The translations under genes were made by a program, and so were the position numbers. Below, piece by piece: positions 13,818 through 22,094 of a stretch of DNA of 64,000 nucleotides (position 1 is its first letter; every line of letters starts with the position of its first letter). The notes under the pieces were generated by a model, which saw only the letters and a program-made list of their open reading frames with translations, was not told the DNA's origin and did no database searches. The stretch is from Nitrospirota bacterium (GTDB taxonomy: Bacteria; Nitrospirota; Nitrospiria; Nitrospirales; NS-4), in assembly GCA_004298335.1 (NCBI GenBank), contig SCTG01000015.1:6092-70091 (forward strand). Direction: 5' to 3'.

Positions 13818-14462
13818 ATGGCTGCTCCCGACCTGCCGTCACTGATCCGGGCCGACCTGGCCCGCCACGCCTGGTGGGTCATCTACCTGCGCTACGTTTG
13901 CGCCGCCGCGGTCCTTCTGGGCGCCGTCATCCTGACGCAGAGCATGGGCGCCAGATTGGACGGCGGGCCGCTGTACGGGATCGCCGGGGCCCTGGTCGCC
14001 GCCAACGTCCTGTATGGAATTCATCTCGGCCGCGCCGCGAGGCGAACGGGGGCGGCGTCGTTCGATGCGGCGGCCCGCTCGCTGATCTTGCAATGCGGCA
14101 TGGATCTGTTCCTGCTGACCCTGCTGCTGCATTTCTCGGGCGGGGTGACGAATCCGCTCACGGCGCTCTATGTCGGCCCGGTCCTCCTGGCAGGCTTTCT
14201 GCTCTCCGTGCGGGCCGCGTACGCGCTGGCCGCGCTGGCCCTGTGTCTGTACGCCGGCATGGCGATCTTGGAATACCGGCTGCTCATCCCGCACGTGCCG
14301 GTCCCGGGGCTCTTCCCTCCGGCGGCGTTTCGCAATGAATCCTTTCTGGTGGTGGCGCTCGCGGCGCTCGCCGTGACGGTCGGGATGGCCGCGCTGATCA
14401 GTCTGACGGTAAGTGGGCGGCTGCGCGGGCCGGACGCGGGAGAGGACAACGCCGGGCCATGA
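13818..14462 (+). CDS. Polytopic membrane protein resembling the N-terminal membrane module of sensor kinases (no kinase core)
   Basis: 214 aa with about 6 hydrophobic segments. The WWVIYLRYVCAAAVLLGAVIL opening resembles RegB-like kinase membrane domains. No H-box or ATPase region follows. Confidence 0.5.
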   Translation: MAAPDLPSLIRADLARHAWWVIYLRYVCAAAVLLGAVILTQSMGARLDGGPLYGIAGALVAANVLYGIHLGRAARRTGAASFDAAARSLILQCGMDLFLLTLLLHFSGGVTNPLTALYVGPVLLAGFLLSVRAAYALAALALCLYAGMAILEYRLLIPHVPVPGLFPPAAFRNESFLVVALAALAVTVGMAALISLTVSGRLRGPDAGEDNAGP

Positions 14463-15073
14463 TGGCCGAAGCGCTGCTGTTCGGGATCATGCTGGCCGCC
14501 CAGCCCGGCGAGTCCGGACCTCCTCCGCCCGGCGCGCCGCCTGTCGAAGAACGGCTCGCGGCCGTGCGGCGCGCGCCGACCGACCCCCGCGCCAGGCTGG
14601 AGCTCGGCCTGGCGTATCTGCAGGCGGAAGAGTACGACTTCGCGATGGCCGAGCTGGTCGAGGCGATCCGGCTCAATCCCGACAACAAGGACAACCTGGC
14701 GGCCCGGGCGAATTACCATCTCGGGGTTGCGCTCCTGGCGATCGACCGCGCGGCGCTGGCGGTCAACGCCTTTCGCGAGGCGCTCACGCTCGGCTGGAGG
14801 GACGCCGGGGTGTACCTGGCGCTGGGGCAGGCGCTCACCGGCCAGGGGAAATTCGACGAGGCGATCGCGCAGTACCGGGAAGCCCTGCGGCTGGCGCCGG
14901 GAACGACCGAGGCCCATGCGGGGCTCGGTCTCGCTTACGAGGCGTCCGGTCGCGTGGACGAGGCGGTGGCGCAGTACGAACGCTACCTCCAGTCCGCGCC
15001 GGCGACGGACGACCACGGGGTCGATGCGATCAGGCAACGGCTGGCGAAACTGAAAGAGCGGCGGAAGATGTAA
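14459..15073 (+). CDS. TPR repeat protein
   Basis: 204 aa with repeated 34-residue TPR text (LGLAYLQAEEYDFAMAELVEAIRLNPDN, LALGQALTGQGKFDEAIAQYREALRLAPG, GLGLAYEASGRVDEAVAQYERYL). ATGATG start overlaps the upstream stop. Confidence 0.75.
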   Translation: MMAEALLFGIMLAAQPGESGPPPPGAPPVEERLAAVRRAPTDPRARLELGLAYLQAEEYDFAMAELVEAIRLNPDNKDNLAARANYHLGVALLAIDRAALAVNAFREALTLGWRDAGVYLALGQALTGQGKFDEAIAQYREALRLAPGTTEAHAGLGLAYEASGRVDEAVAQYERYLQSAPATDDHGVDAIRQRLAKLKERRKM

Positions 15074-15097
15074 TGGCTCCGGTAAATATTTTCTCGC

Positions 15098-15126
15098 TTG
15101 TCATGAATTGGCATTCCTGCTAGCAT
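15098..15126 (+). promoter_or_regulatory. Candidate sigma70-type promoter
   Basis: TTGTCA (15098-15103), 17-nt spacer, TAGCAT (15121-15126). About 40 nt upstream of the 15166 start. Confidence 0.3.
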
Positions 15127-15165
15127 CCCGCCGTTCATCCCACCTTCTAACGTCGGGAGGGCGTC

Positions 15166-16299
15166 ATGGCCGACTGGCTCTCTGGAACTTTTCGGAAGGT
15201 CGCCGGACTTTCCGATCCCGGCCCCATCTTTACCCAGAAGACGAACGCCGGCAACGCGGCGTTGAAGCGAGGCCGCCCCGACGAGGCCGAACCGCTGTTC
15301 AAGGACGCCCTCAAGGAAGCTGAAAAATTCGGCGAGCAGGACCTGCGCAAAGCGGCCGCCATGACCAACCTGGCGATGGCCTATCGCGAGCAGAACAAGC
15401 ACAGCGAGGCGGAGTCACTCTATCGCCAGTCCTTCGCGATCCAGGAAAAGGCCCTCGGCCCCGAGCATCCCGAGGTGGTGGCGGGCCTCGCCAAGTTAGC
15501 CGACTTTTTCCGGGTGCGGAACCTGCCGGCCAAGGCGGAGCCGCTGCTGCGGCGGGTGTTGGCGGCGCAGGAGAAGGCACTGGGGCCCGAGCACGCGGAC
15601 GTGCTGGCCACCGTGACGGCACTCGGAGAAGTCTGCCGCGAGACGGGCAAATACGACAAGGCCCTGCCGTTGTTGCAACGCGCGCTGGACGTTCAGGTGA
15701 AGCTGCTGGGCGAGGATCACCTGAGCGTGGCGATGGCGCTCGACAAACTGGCGATGGTGTACCAGGCGCTCGGGCGGTATGTGGATGCCGAGCCGTTCTA
15801 TTTCCATGCGCTGACCATTCGCGAAGAGAAGTTGGGCAGGGACGATCCCTACGTGGGCCACGGCCTGGAAAAGCTGGCCGACGTCTATCGCGAGCAGGGG
15901 AAGTATGACGAGGCGGAAAAGCTCTACCTGCGGGCGATCAAGATCTGGCAGGACACGCTCGGGCAGGAGCACCCGGACTATGCCGGCAGCCTTGAACACT
16001 TCGCCGGTCTGAAATACGCGCAGGGCAAGTTCGATGAGGCGGAGAACATCTACCGCAAGGTGCTGGCGATCCTTGAGACCGCCCACGGCAAGCATCATCC
16101 CAGCCGCGCGGACACGATGGATCAGTACGCCATGGTGTTGCGGACGCAGAAGAAGGATGAGCTGGCGCAGCGGGTGGAGGAGCGCGCCAAGGAGATCCGG
16201 GACGAATGCGCCAAGATGGCGGCCGATCCGGCGGCCTATGCCGAGAAAAACAAGGACCCGCTGAAGGACTTCAAGTTCAACCTCCCGGGGGCCAAATGA
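15166..16299 (+). CDS. TPR repeat protein (kinesin-light-chain-like TPR_10/12 repeats)
   Basis: 377 aa with about 7 repeats of the 42-residue pattern A..L..LA.vY..qGkY.eAEpLY.RAL.I.EkaLGpeHP. Confidence 0.8.
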   Translation: MADWLSGTFRKVAGLSDPGPIFTQKTNAGNAALKRGRPDEAEPLFKDALKEAEKFGEQDLRKAAAMTNLAMAYREQNKHSEAESLYRQSFAIQEKALGPEHPEVVAGLAKLADFFRVRNLPAKAEPLLRRVLAAQEKALGPEHADVLATVTALGEVCRETGKYDKALPLLQRALDVQVKLLGEDHLSVAMALDKLAMVYQALGRYVDAEPFYFHALTIREEKLGRDDPYVGHGLEKLADVYREQGKYDEAEKLYLRAIKIWQDTLGQEHPDYAGSLEHFAGLKYAQGKFDEAENIYRKVLAILETAHGKHHPSRADTMDQYAMVLRTQKKDELAQRVEERAKEIRDECAKMAADPAAYAEKNKDPLKDFKFNLPGAK

Positions 16300-16808
16300 T
16301 CAAAACGGCCGGCGCATCGGTCATGAAATCGGCGCTGCTGGCTCTGGCGTCTGGTTGCTATGCGGTGATGGTTTTAGCCGGGTGCTCCGTGGCGATGGCC
16401 TTGAATGGGACTCCCGAGCCGAACTTCAAAGCATTCGAGATTGGTTCAAGCCGGCAAATAGTGGAGATACAACTTGGTAAGCCGGTCGCCTCGCAGCCGC
16501 TTGGGGACGGAAAGAAAAAGGACACGTATCGCTTCGAAATGGGGAACTCGCCGAACGGGCACCGGGCATTGATGAATTTGTATATTGATCTTGCCACGAT
16601 TGGGCTATGGGAAATCCCCGGTACCATCGTGGAAGCCAGAATGGGACGTCAGGAGGAAACGCGAATTACCTATGATGCCAACGACCGAGTGCTTGCGATC
16701 GAAGGTTATGCGCCGCCCGAGCCGACCGGAGCATTGAAAGAGGCGATAGAAGCGCACGAGAAGTTTGATCAGCCGGCCCCGGCCCCAAACAGTGCTGTGT
16801 CAAGGTAA
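16296..16808 (+). CDS. Putative lipoprotein, hypothetical
   Basis: ATGA overlap with the upstream stop. Lipobox-like VLAGC. An alternative start MKSALL lies at 16323. Visibly lower GC than upstream genes. Confidence 0.5.
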   Translation: MIKTAGASVMKSALLALASGCYAVMVLAGCSVAMALNGTPEPNFKAFEIGSSRQIVEIQLGKPVASQPLGDGKKKDTYRFEMGNSPNGHRALMNLYIDLATIGLWEIPGTIVEARMGRQEETRITYDANDRVLAIEGYAPPEPTGALKEAIEAHEKFDQPAPAPNSAVSR

Positions 16809-16934
16809 AGTATTGCGCGGCAGAGGGCCACACCCACTGCAGGGAAGCTCGCTTCCCGTCCGAAAGGGAACTGGGAATCTGCAAAATTGGCCTGTTGTCA
16901 TGATCTGTCTGGGGTAAGGGCGGGGGATTAGGTA

Positions 16935-16963
16935 TTGACACTCTTTTCACTCACCCATATACT
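16935..16963 (+). promoter_or_regulatory. Candidate sigma70-type promoter for the DUF3015 gene
   Basis: TTGACA (16935-16940), 17-nt spacer, TATACT (16958-16963). Followed by AAGGAGG just before the ATG at 17019. Confidence 0.45.
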
Positions 16964-17018
16964 CGCCTCCGAAACGCGGCCGCATGATTGCACTGCAACC
17001 AAACCATAAGGAGGTGTC

Positions 17019-17534
17019 ATGATGAAAAAGCTGGGACTGATGCTAGTAGCAATAGCGGTCGTGTGTTTTCCGGCCGTGGGGGCAATGGCGGCCAATCCCG
17101 ATAACGGCCCGGGTTGCGGCCTTGGGAAACTCGCATGGTCGGATTTTGGCCACCAGAAGAATATTGGCCCCCAGGTCATGATGGCCACGACCAACGGAAC
17201 CTTCGGGAGCCAGACGTTCGGTATCAGTTCCGGCACGTCAGGTTGCACGAACGACGGGGTCGTATTCGCGGAAGAGAAAGTGAATGTATTTGCCGCGATC
17301 AACTTTGAAAATCTGTCGCAGGAAATGGCGCAAGGACGGGGAGAGCATCTTGCCTCCCTGGCGACGCTCATGGGAGTTCCGGCCGAGCACCAGGCCGAGT
17401 TCTTCGCGATGACCCAGGAGAAGTACACCACCCTGATCCAGGCGGGTGATGCGGCACCGGTTGCCATGCTCAAGGCCTTGAATGCGGCGATGGCCGGCCA
17501 CCCGGCGCTTGCGAAACTTTCCGCGAAGCGGTAG
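17019..17534 (+). CDS. DUF3015 family secreted protein
   Basis: 171 aa with a signal peptide. GPGCGLGK...TTNGTFGSQTFGISSGTSGC...LSQEMAQGRGEHL matches my memory of DUF3015. Confidence 0.75.
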   Translation: MMKKLGLMLVAIAVVCFPAVGAMAANPDNGPGCGLGKLAWSDFGHQKNIGPQVMMATTNGTFGSQTFGISSGTSGCTNDGVVFAEEKVNVFAAINFENLSQEMAQGRGEHLASLATLMGVPAEHQAEFFAMTQEKYTTLIQAGDAAPVAMLKALNAAMAGHPALAKLSAKR

Positions 17535-17542
17535 TCGCCTTC

Positions 17543-17587
17543 AAAACGGGGCTTCCGGTCCCAAAGCCGGGAGCCCCGTTTTCTTTT
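17543..17587 (+). terminator. Intrinsic terminator after the DUF3015 gene
   Basis: 16-bp stem: AAAACGGGGCTTCCGG (17543-17558) pairs with CCGGGAGCCCCGTTTT (17567-17582), including one G-U pair, around an 8-nt loop. Followed by CTTTT. Confidence 0.6.
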
Positions 17588-17601
17588 GGCCTTCCTCGAT
17601 C

Positions 17602-19509
17602 TTGCACGCACTGGCCGGCTTTCTCCTGGGCCTTCTGCTTCTCTCAACGACGGCCGGCACCGCCGATGCGAAAGACGACGCCTACCTTGCCGAACTGATC
17701 AGCCGTTCTTCCGAAGCGCGTCTCTCCGAGCAGCGGTACTGGCATCTCCTGCTGCATTACCGTGAAGACTTCGGAGGCGGGTACACGAGTGAGGCGGATG
17801 ACCCCGGCTTCTTCCTGGCGCCAACCGGCAAGACCGACCCTCGGGCCGAACTGGAAGCGACGCTGGCCCGGTTTTTTTCCGATGAGCTTGTCGGCCGGTC
17901 ACGCCAACCGGCGCAATGCGCCTTCATCGCGCGCTACCATTGGCTGAAATCCAGACTGGCGATCGATGACCAGCGTCTCCCCCCGCTGCCCTGTGACCGC
18001 TTCAAGGCGTGGTACGCCGAACTGAATCCCCAATCCGTATCGTATATTTTTGCCGCGGCTTTCATGAACAACCCTTCGTCCATGTTCGGCCATACATTTT
18101 TGCGCATTGACCAAAAAGGGCAAACCGAGCAGACGCGCTTGCTGGCGTATACGATCAACTATGCGGCCGACGTCACGACCGATAGCGGCGTCGCTTTTGC
18201 GTTTCTGGGAATAACCGGCGGCTTCAAAGGGTATTTTTCGACGATGCCGTACTACCTGAAGGTCCAGGAATACCGGGATTTCGAGAATCGCGACATCTGG
18301 GAGTACCGGCTTAATCTGACTGAGGCGCAGGTCGAGCGGATGCTGCAACACGCCTGGGAGTTGGGCAATGCCTACTTTGATTATTATTTCTTCAAGGAGA
18401 ATTGCTCCTATCACCTCCTCTCCCTGCTGGAGATCGCCGATCCCGAACTGCATCTCGCCGATCAGTTCGTATTCTGGACAGTTCCCGCCGATACCGTGAA
18501 GCTGGTCACCAGGCAGACGGGTCTTGTCGAGACAGTCACGTACCGACCTTCGCGGAGCACGCAGATCCGCCGCAAACGGGAGACGCTGACGGATGAGGAA
18601 CAACAGTGGCTCCATCGGATCATTGCCGATCCTGCCGCCGCACACGCCACAGAGTTTACCGGCCTGCCGCTTCAGCGACGCACGCTGATTTTGGACGTCG
18701 CCTCTGACTACCTTCTCTACCGCAGCGCAACGGATGGGGCGCATGCCGCTTCCTATAAGGAGAAAACCAGGAACGTGCTCACGGCCCGCAGTGGGCTCAA
18801 AGTCCCATCGGAAGAATTGGCGGTCCGGCCGTTCGCCCAACGGCCGGAACTCGGACATCTGACATCGCGGGCCGGAGTGGGAGCCGGGTGGCGCCAGGAC
18901 GAATGGTTCGAAGAACTGAACATTCGCACCGGCTACCACGATCTGCTCGATCCCGAGACCGGCTACACGCCCGGCGCCCAGATCGAGCTGCTGGCGCTGA
19001 GCCTCCGTCACTATGAAAAGCGGGACCGAACCCGGCTGGAACGCGCCACGCTGGTGAACATCCTGTCCCTGTCTCCGTCCGATGCCTTGTTCCAGGCGCC
19101 GTCATGGAAACTCAACGCCGGCTATGAGACGGTGAACCGGCCCGGCTGCCGCTACTGCGGCAACGCCAACCTGAACGTCGGGATCGGACCCTCCTTCGAG
19201 ACGCACTGGCTTCGGCGCGAAGTCTTCTTCGCTTTCGCCGAGGCCGACGCCAACTACAGCCACGCGTTCGAGCGGAACCACCGGATCGGCGGAGGCGGCA
19301 CCGTCGGCATGCTGGCCGATCTCACCGAACGCTGGAGGGTGCTGGTGTCGGGGACGTATCTCGGATTCCCGCTGGGGGAAAACTCCGACGAACTGCGCGC
19401 GTCGGTCCAGCAGCGGTACACGCTCCGGAAAGACCTCGCGCTTCGGCTGGAGTTCAATCACCGGCCGCACGACAATGACGCGGTGCTCTCGATCCAGGTC
19501 TATTTCTGA
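17602..19509 (+). CDS. DUF4105 (Lnb N-terminal periplasmic domain-like) protein with C-terminal beta-barrel-like region
   Basis: Start placed at the in-frame TTG 17602, because the track start at 17482 lies upstream of, and reads through, the terminator. Signal-like LHALAGFLLGLLLLSTTAGTADA. The GHTFLRID motif region is typical of DUF4105. The C-terminus ...AVLSIQVYF looks like an OMP beta-signal. Exact start uncertain. Confidence 0.7.
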   Translation: MHALAGFLLGLLLLSTTAGTADAKDDAYLAELISRSSEARLSEQRYWHLLLHYREDFGGGYTSEADDPGFFLAPTGKTDPRAELEATLARFFSDELVGRSRQPAQCAFIARYHWLKSRLAIDDQRLPPLPCDRFKAWYAELNPQSVSYIFAAAFMNNPSSMFGHTFLRIDQKGQTEQTRLLAYTINYAADVTTDSGVAFAFLGITGGFKGYFSTMPYYLKVQEYRDFENRDIWEYRLNLTEAQVERMLQHAWELGNAYFDYYFFKENCSYHLLSLLEIADPELHLADQFVFWTVPADTVKLVTRQTGLVETVTYRPSRSTQIRRKRETLTDEEQQWLHRIIADPAAAHATEFTGLPLQRRTLILDVASDYLLYRSATDGAHAASYKEKTRNVLTARSGLKVPSEELAVRPFAQRPELGHLTSRAGVGAGWRQDEWFEELNIRTGYHDLLDPETGYTPGAQIELLALSLRHYEKRDRTRLERATLVNILSLSPSDALFQAPSWKLNAGYETVNRPGCRYCGNANLNVGIGPSFETHWLRREVFFAFAEADANYSHAFERNHRIGGGGTVGMLADLTERWRVLVSGTYLGFPLGENSDELRASVQQRYTLRKDLALRLEFNHRPHDNDAVLSIQVYF

Positions 19510-19529
19510 AGGGATGAGGCGGGACGGCG

Positions 19530-20120
19530 TCAGGAGCCTTTGGGCGGCTTGATGCGGATGTGGCTGATGATGGTTTTCACGCCGTCCGTGGCGCGCGTGA
19601 CGCTCATGACTTTGTCGAGCTCTTCCTTGCTGTGGACCGCGCCGATGTAATAGACCACGCCGTTGACCGACCGCCAGCGGAGGTTGATGGACCCCACGCC
19701 TTTGGTGCCTAACAGGTTGGCCTTCAGCTTGAGCTCGATGCCGATGTCCTTGGCGGAGGCGCTGAATCCGCCTTCCTCGGTGACCTGGATCTCGTTGTAC
19801 AGGTTCTTCACTCCCTCCGCGCGCCGCGCCAGCTCGACCGCCTTCCGGCGGTCCTCGCTCTTTTTGACGGACCCCGTCAGCATCACTTCTCCCTCGTAGA
19901 CATCGGTGTTGACGTCCACCAGGAGGCCCTTGGCCTCCTCCGCAAAGGCCTTGAGGATGGAGGCCTTGATGCCGAGATCGTCTTTGGTTTCGCTGAAGGG
20001 GCGGTCTTCCGCGACCGTTGTCACGGCGTCCATCGGGACGGAGAGGATCTGCGTGCAGCCGGCCAGCAGGCCGGACAACGCCAGTACCGGCACAAGGTTC
20101 CAGCGCCTGCGCATGGTCAT
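19530..20120 (-). CDS. BON-domain lipoprotein (OsmY-like, two BON domains)
   Basis: Start at MTMRRRW (20120; alternative ATG at 20114 has better GGAG spacing). Lipobox LLAGC. Two BON-like repeats (VDVNTDVYEGEVMLTGSV...; INLRWRSVNGVVYYIGAV...). Confidence 0.8.
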   Translation of the reverse strand: MTMRRRWNLVPVLALSGLLAGCTQILSVPMDAVTTVAEDRPFSETKDDLGIKASILKAFAEEAKGLLVDVNTDVYEGEVMLTGSVKKSEDRRKAVELARRAEGVKNLYNEIQVTEEGGFSASAKDIGIELKLKANLLGTKGVGSINLRWRSVNGVVYYIGAVHSKEELDKVMSVTRATDGVKTIISHIRIKPPKGS

Positions 20121-20131
20121 GCTCCAGAATC

Positions 20132-21994
20132 TCAAAACGACTGGTTCACCGGCAGGGCGAGCGTGAGGTAGCGGCCCTTTTCCTCGTAGAGGATCCGTTT
20201 CCGCAGCAGGTCGTCGAGCGCGCGCGTGACCGCCGCGTCGTCGTACGAGCCGGCGCCTCTCCGATCGTGCACCTCGCCGCGGATCTGCCCGAAGTAGCGG
20301 GGCGCCTCGTTGCAAAAGTCGATGATGCCGGCGTGCGGCCAGTCATAGCGTTCCTTGACGGGCTTGTCGGCCGCGCGGTTGTCGAAGATCGTGACGAAGT
20401 CGGGGGCCTTCGAATAGTAGAGGAACGGCTTGTCGTCCGTCGCGTGTCGGCCCTTCCAGTCCTGCGTCGCGCGGGTCAGCTCCTCGATCAGGCCGGGGTC
20501 CACGCGCTTCTCGATGAGCTCGTACTCGAAATCGTAGGCGATTTTCGCGACGTCCACGAGCCGGGGATCGTAGGCGTAAGCGTACGCCAGGCCGGGGCCG
20601 GTGATCCGGATGCCGTTCTGCTCGGGCCACTTCCAGTAGGGACTGAACCGCTCGAGCCACAGCTCCCCCACAGCCTCCGGCGGCTGGAAATGGAGGATCG
20701 AGGGAATCAAGCCGATCTGGCGCCGGTAGTCCTCGTTGGTCTCTCCGGGGAACCCGAGCAGGATGTTCCAGGACACGTGGATGCCGTAGTAGGTGCTCCA
20801 CTTCAGCATCTGGAGGTTCTGCAGGGGACTGACCCCCTTTTTCATCTCCGCGAGCTGGTTCTGGCTCAGGCTTTCGATGCCGGGCTGCATGGACTTCACC
20901 CCGCCGCGCGCGAGCGTCCGGATCTGGGACTTGTTCAGGTTGCTCTTGGTCTCGATGAAGACTTCGAAGTCGAGCCGCTCCGCCGCGAACTTGGCGAACA
21001 GCTCGTCGATGTACTTCATGTCGATGATGTTGTCCACGAAGCGGAACCGGGTGGTGTTGTAGCGGCTGGACAGGAACTTGAATTCGCCGTAGACCTGCGC
21101 GGGCGATTTGGAGCGGAACTCCATGCTCTGCGCGTTCAGCCCGCAGAAGGTGCAGTGGTGTTTCTCGCCCCACCAGCAGCCGCGGGACGCTTCATGCAGC
21201 AGGATGCGGTTGAGGCCCTGCGACCGTTGCGGGTCCAGCTGATCGAGAAGCTCGAAGTAATCGTCGTAATCGGGCGGGCCGGTCTTGTGAAACTCGGTGA
21301 ACAGGTGGGGAGACGGCGTGAACTGGATTGTGCCGCCCCTTCTGTAGGCCACGCCGGCCGGGGGCGCGCCGTCCTTGTTTTCCAGGATGTGCGTCACGAG
21401 CGCCGGGAACGGCACTTCCCCTTCGCCCACCACCACGTAGTCGATCCAGGGCCAGGCCCGCAAGTGCTCCAGCCCCATCTCGCCGTCGAAGTTCGCGCCG
21501 CCGAACACGATCTTGACGGAGGGATGGACCTCCTTGATCAGCTTCGCCATCGTCAGGCTGGCGATGTTCTGATCGAAGGTCGAGGTGAAGCCGACGATTT
21601 GATATTGGCCCCAGGCAATCTCGGCCAGCATCCGCGTGAGGTATTGCGGGGCGCCGTTCACCTTGAGTTCTTCCAGATGGGCGGGCGGGCAACCGGTCTC
21701 GCGGGCCACCGATTCGAAGATGGGTTTGAAAGTGCGGGGGTACTCGCTGTTCTTCGGGTTGTCGCGGAACAGGAGGTGCGAGAAGAGCCAGTCGCCGAGC
21801 AGGCCCCGTTTCTCGGACAGCACTTCGTACAGGGGGGGGCCGATCTGGTAGGCGAAGTGCAGGTACAGGTGGTAGGTCTTGACGCCGACCCCCCGCGATT
21901 TCAGGAGCGAGGCCAGGGTGCCCAGTTGAATGGATGGGTACCGGCTCGAGCTGAACGGCATGTTGACGAGCGCCACCGGCGCGTTGGTGCTCAT
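20132..21994 (-). CDS. B12-binding-domain radical SAM enzyme, RiPP-maturase-like (TIGR03975-type by recollection)
   Basis: 620 aa from MSTNAPVALVNMPF (alternative start 22057). N-terminal cobalamin-binding-like region. Cys motif RGCWWGEKHHCTFCGLN (Cx7Cx2C) and a radical SAM core (GGVKSMQPGIESLS). Confidence 0.85.
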   Translation of the reverse strand: MSTNAPVALVNMPFSSSRYPSIQLGTLASLLKSRGVGVKTYHLYLHFAYQIGPPLYEVLSEKRGLLGDWLFSHLLFRDNPKNSEYPRTFKPIFESVARETGCPPAHLEELKVNGAPQYLTRMLAEIAWGQYQIVGFTSTFDQNIASLTMAKLIKEVHPSVKIVFGGANFDGEMGLEHLRAWPWIDYVVVGEGEVPFPALVTHILENKDGAPPAGVAYRRGGTIQFTPSPHLFTEFHKTGPPDYDDYFELLDQLDPQRSQGLNRILLHEASRGCWWGEKHHCTFCGLNAQSMEFRSKSPAQVYGEFKFLSSRYNTTRFRFVDNIIDMKYIDELFAKFAAERLDFEVFIETKSNLNKSQIRTLARGGVKSMQPGIESLSQNQLAEMKKGVSPLQNLQMLKWSTYYGIHVSWNILLGFPGETNEDYRRQIGLIPSILHFQPPEAVGELWLERFSPYWKWPEQNGIRITGPGLAYAYAYDPRLVDVAKIAYDFEYELIEKRVDPGLIEELTRATQDWKGRHATDDKPFLYYSKAPDFVTIFDNRAADKPVKERYDWPHAGIIDFCNEAPRYFGQIRGEVHDRRGAGSYDDAAVTRALDDLLRKRILYEEKGRYLTLALPVNQSF

Positions 21995-22094
21995 GGAATT
22001 CGAGGCTACACCCCCTTCTTGGAATTCGTCAAGCAGGGGCCCCACCCCCCTTTTCATCTCACGCGAAGCCGGGTATATTATTGCAGGAACAGCC

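Noticed and set aside
16842-16857. GGGAAGC-TC-GCTTCCC hairpin after the 16296-16808 lipoprotein gene as a terminator
   Set aside because: The 2-nt loop is sterically implausible and no T-tract follows. It is too weak to call.
17482-17601. ATG 17482 as start of the DUF4105 gene
   Set aside because: It overlaps the DUF3015 gene by 53 nt and reads through a 16-bp-stem intrinsic terminator. The signal-peptide-like segment begins only after the terminator.
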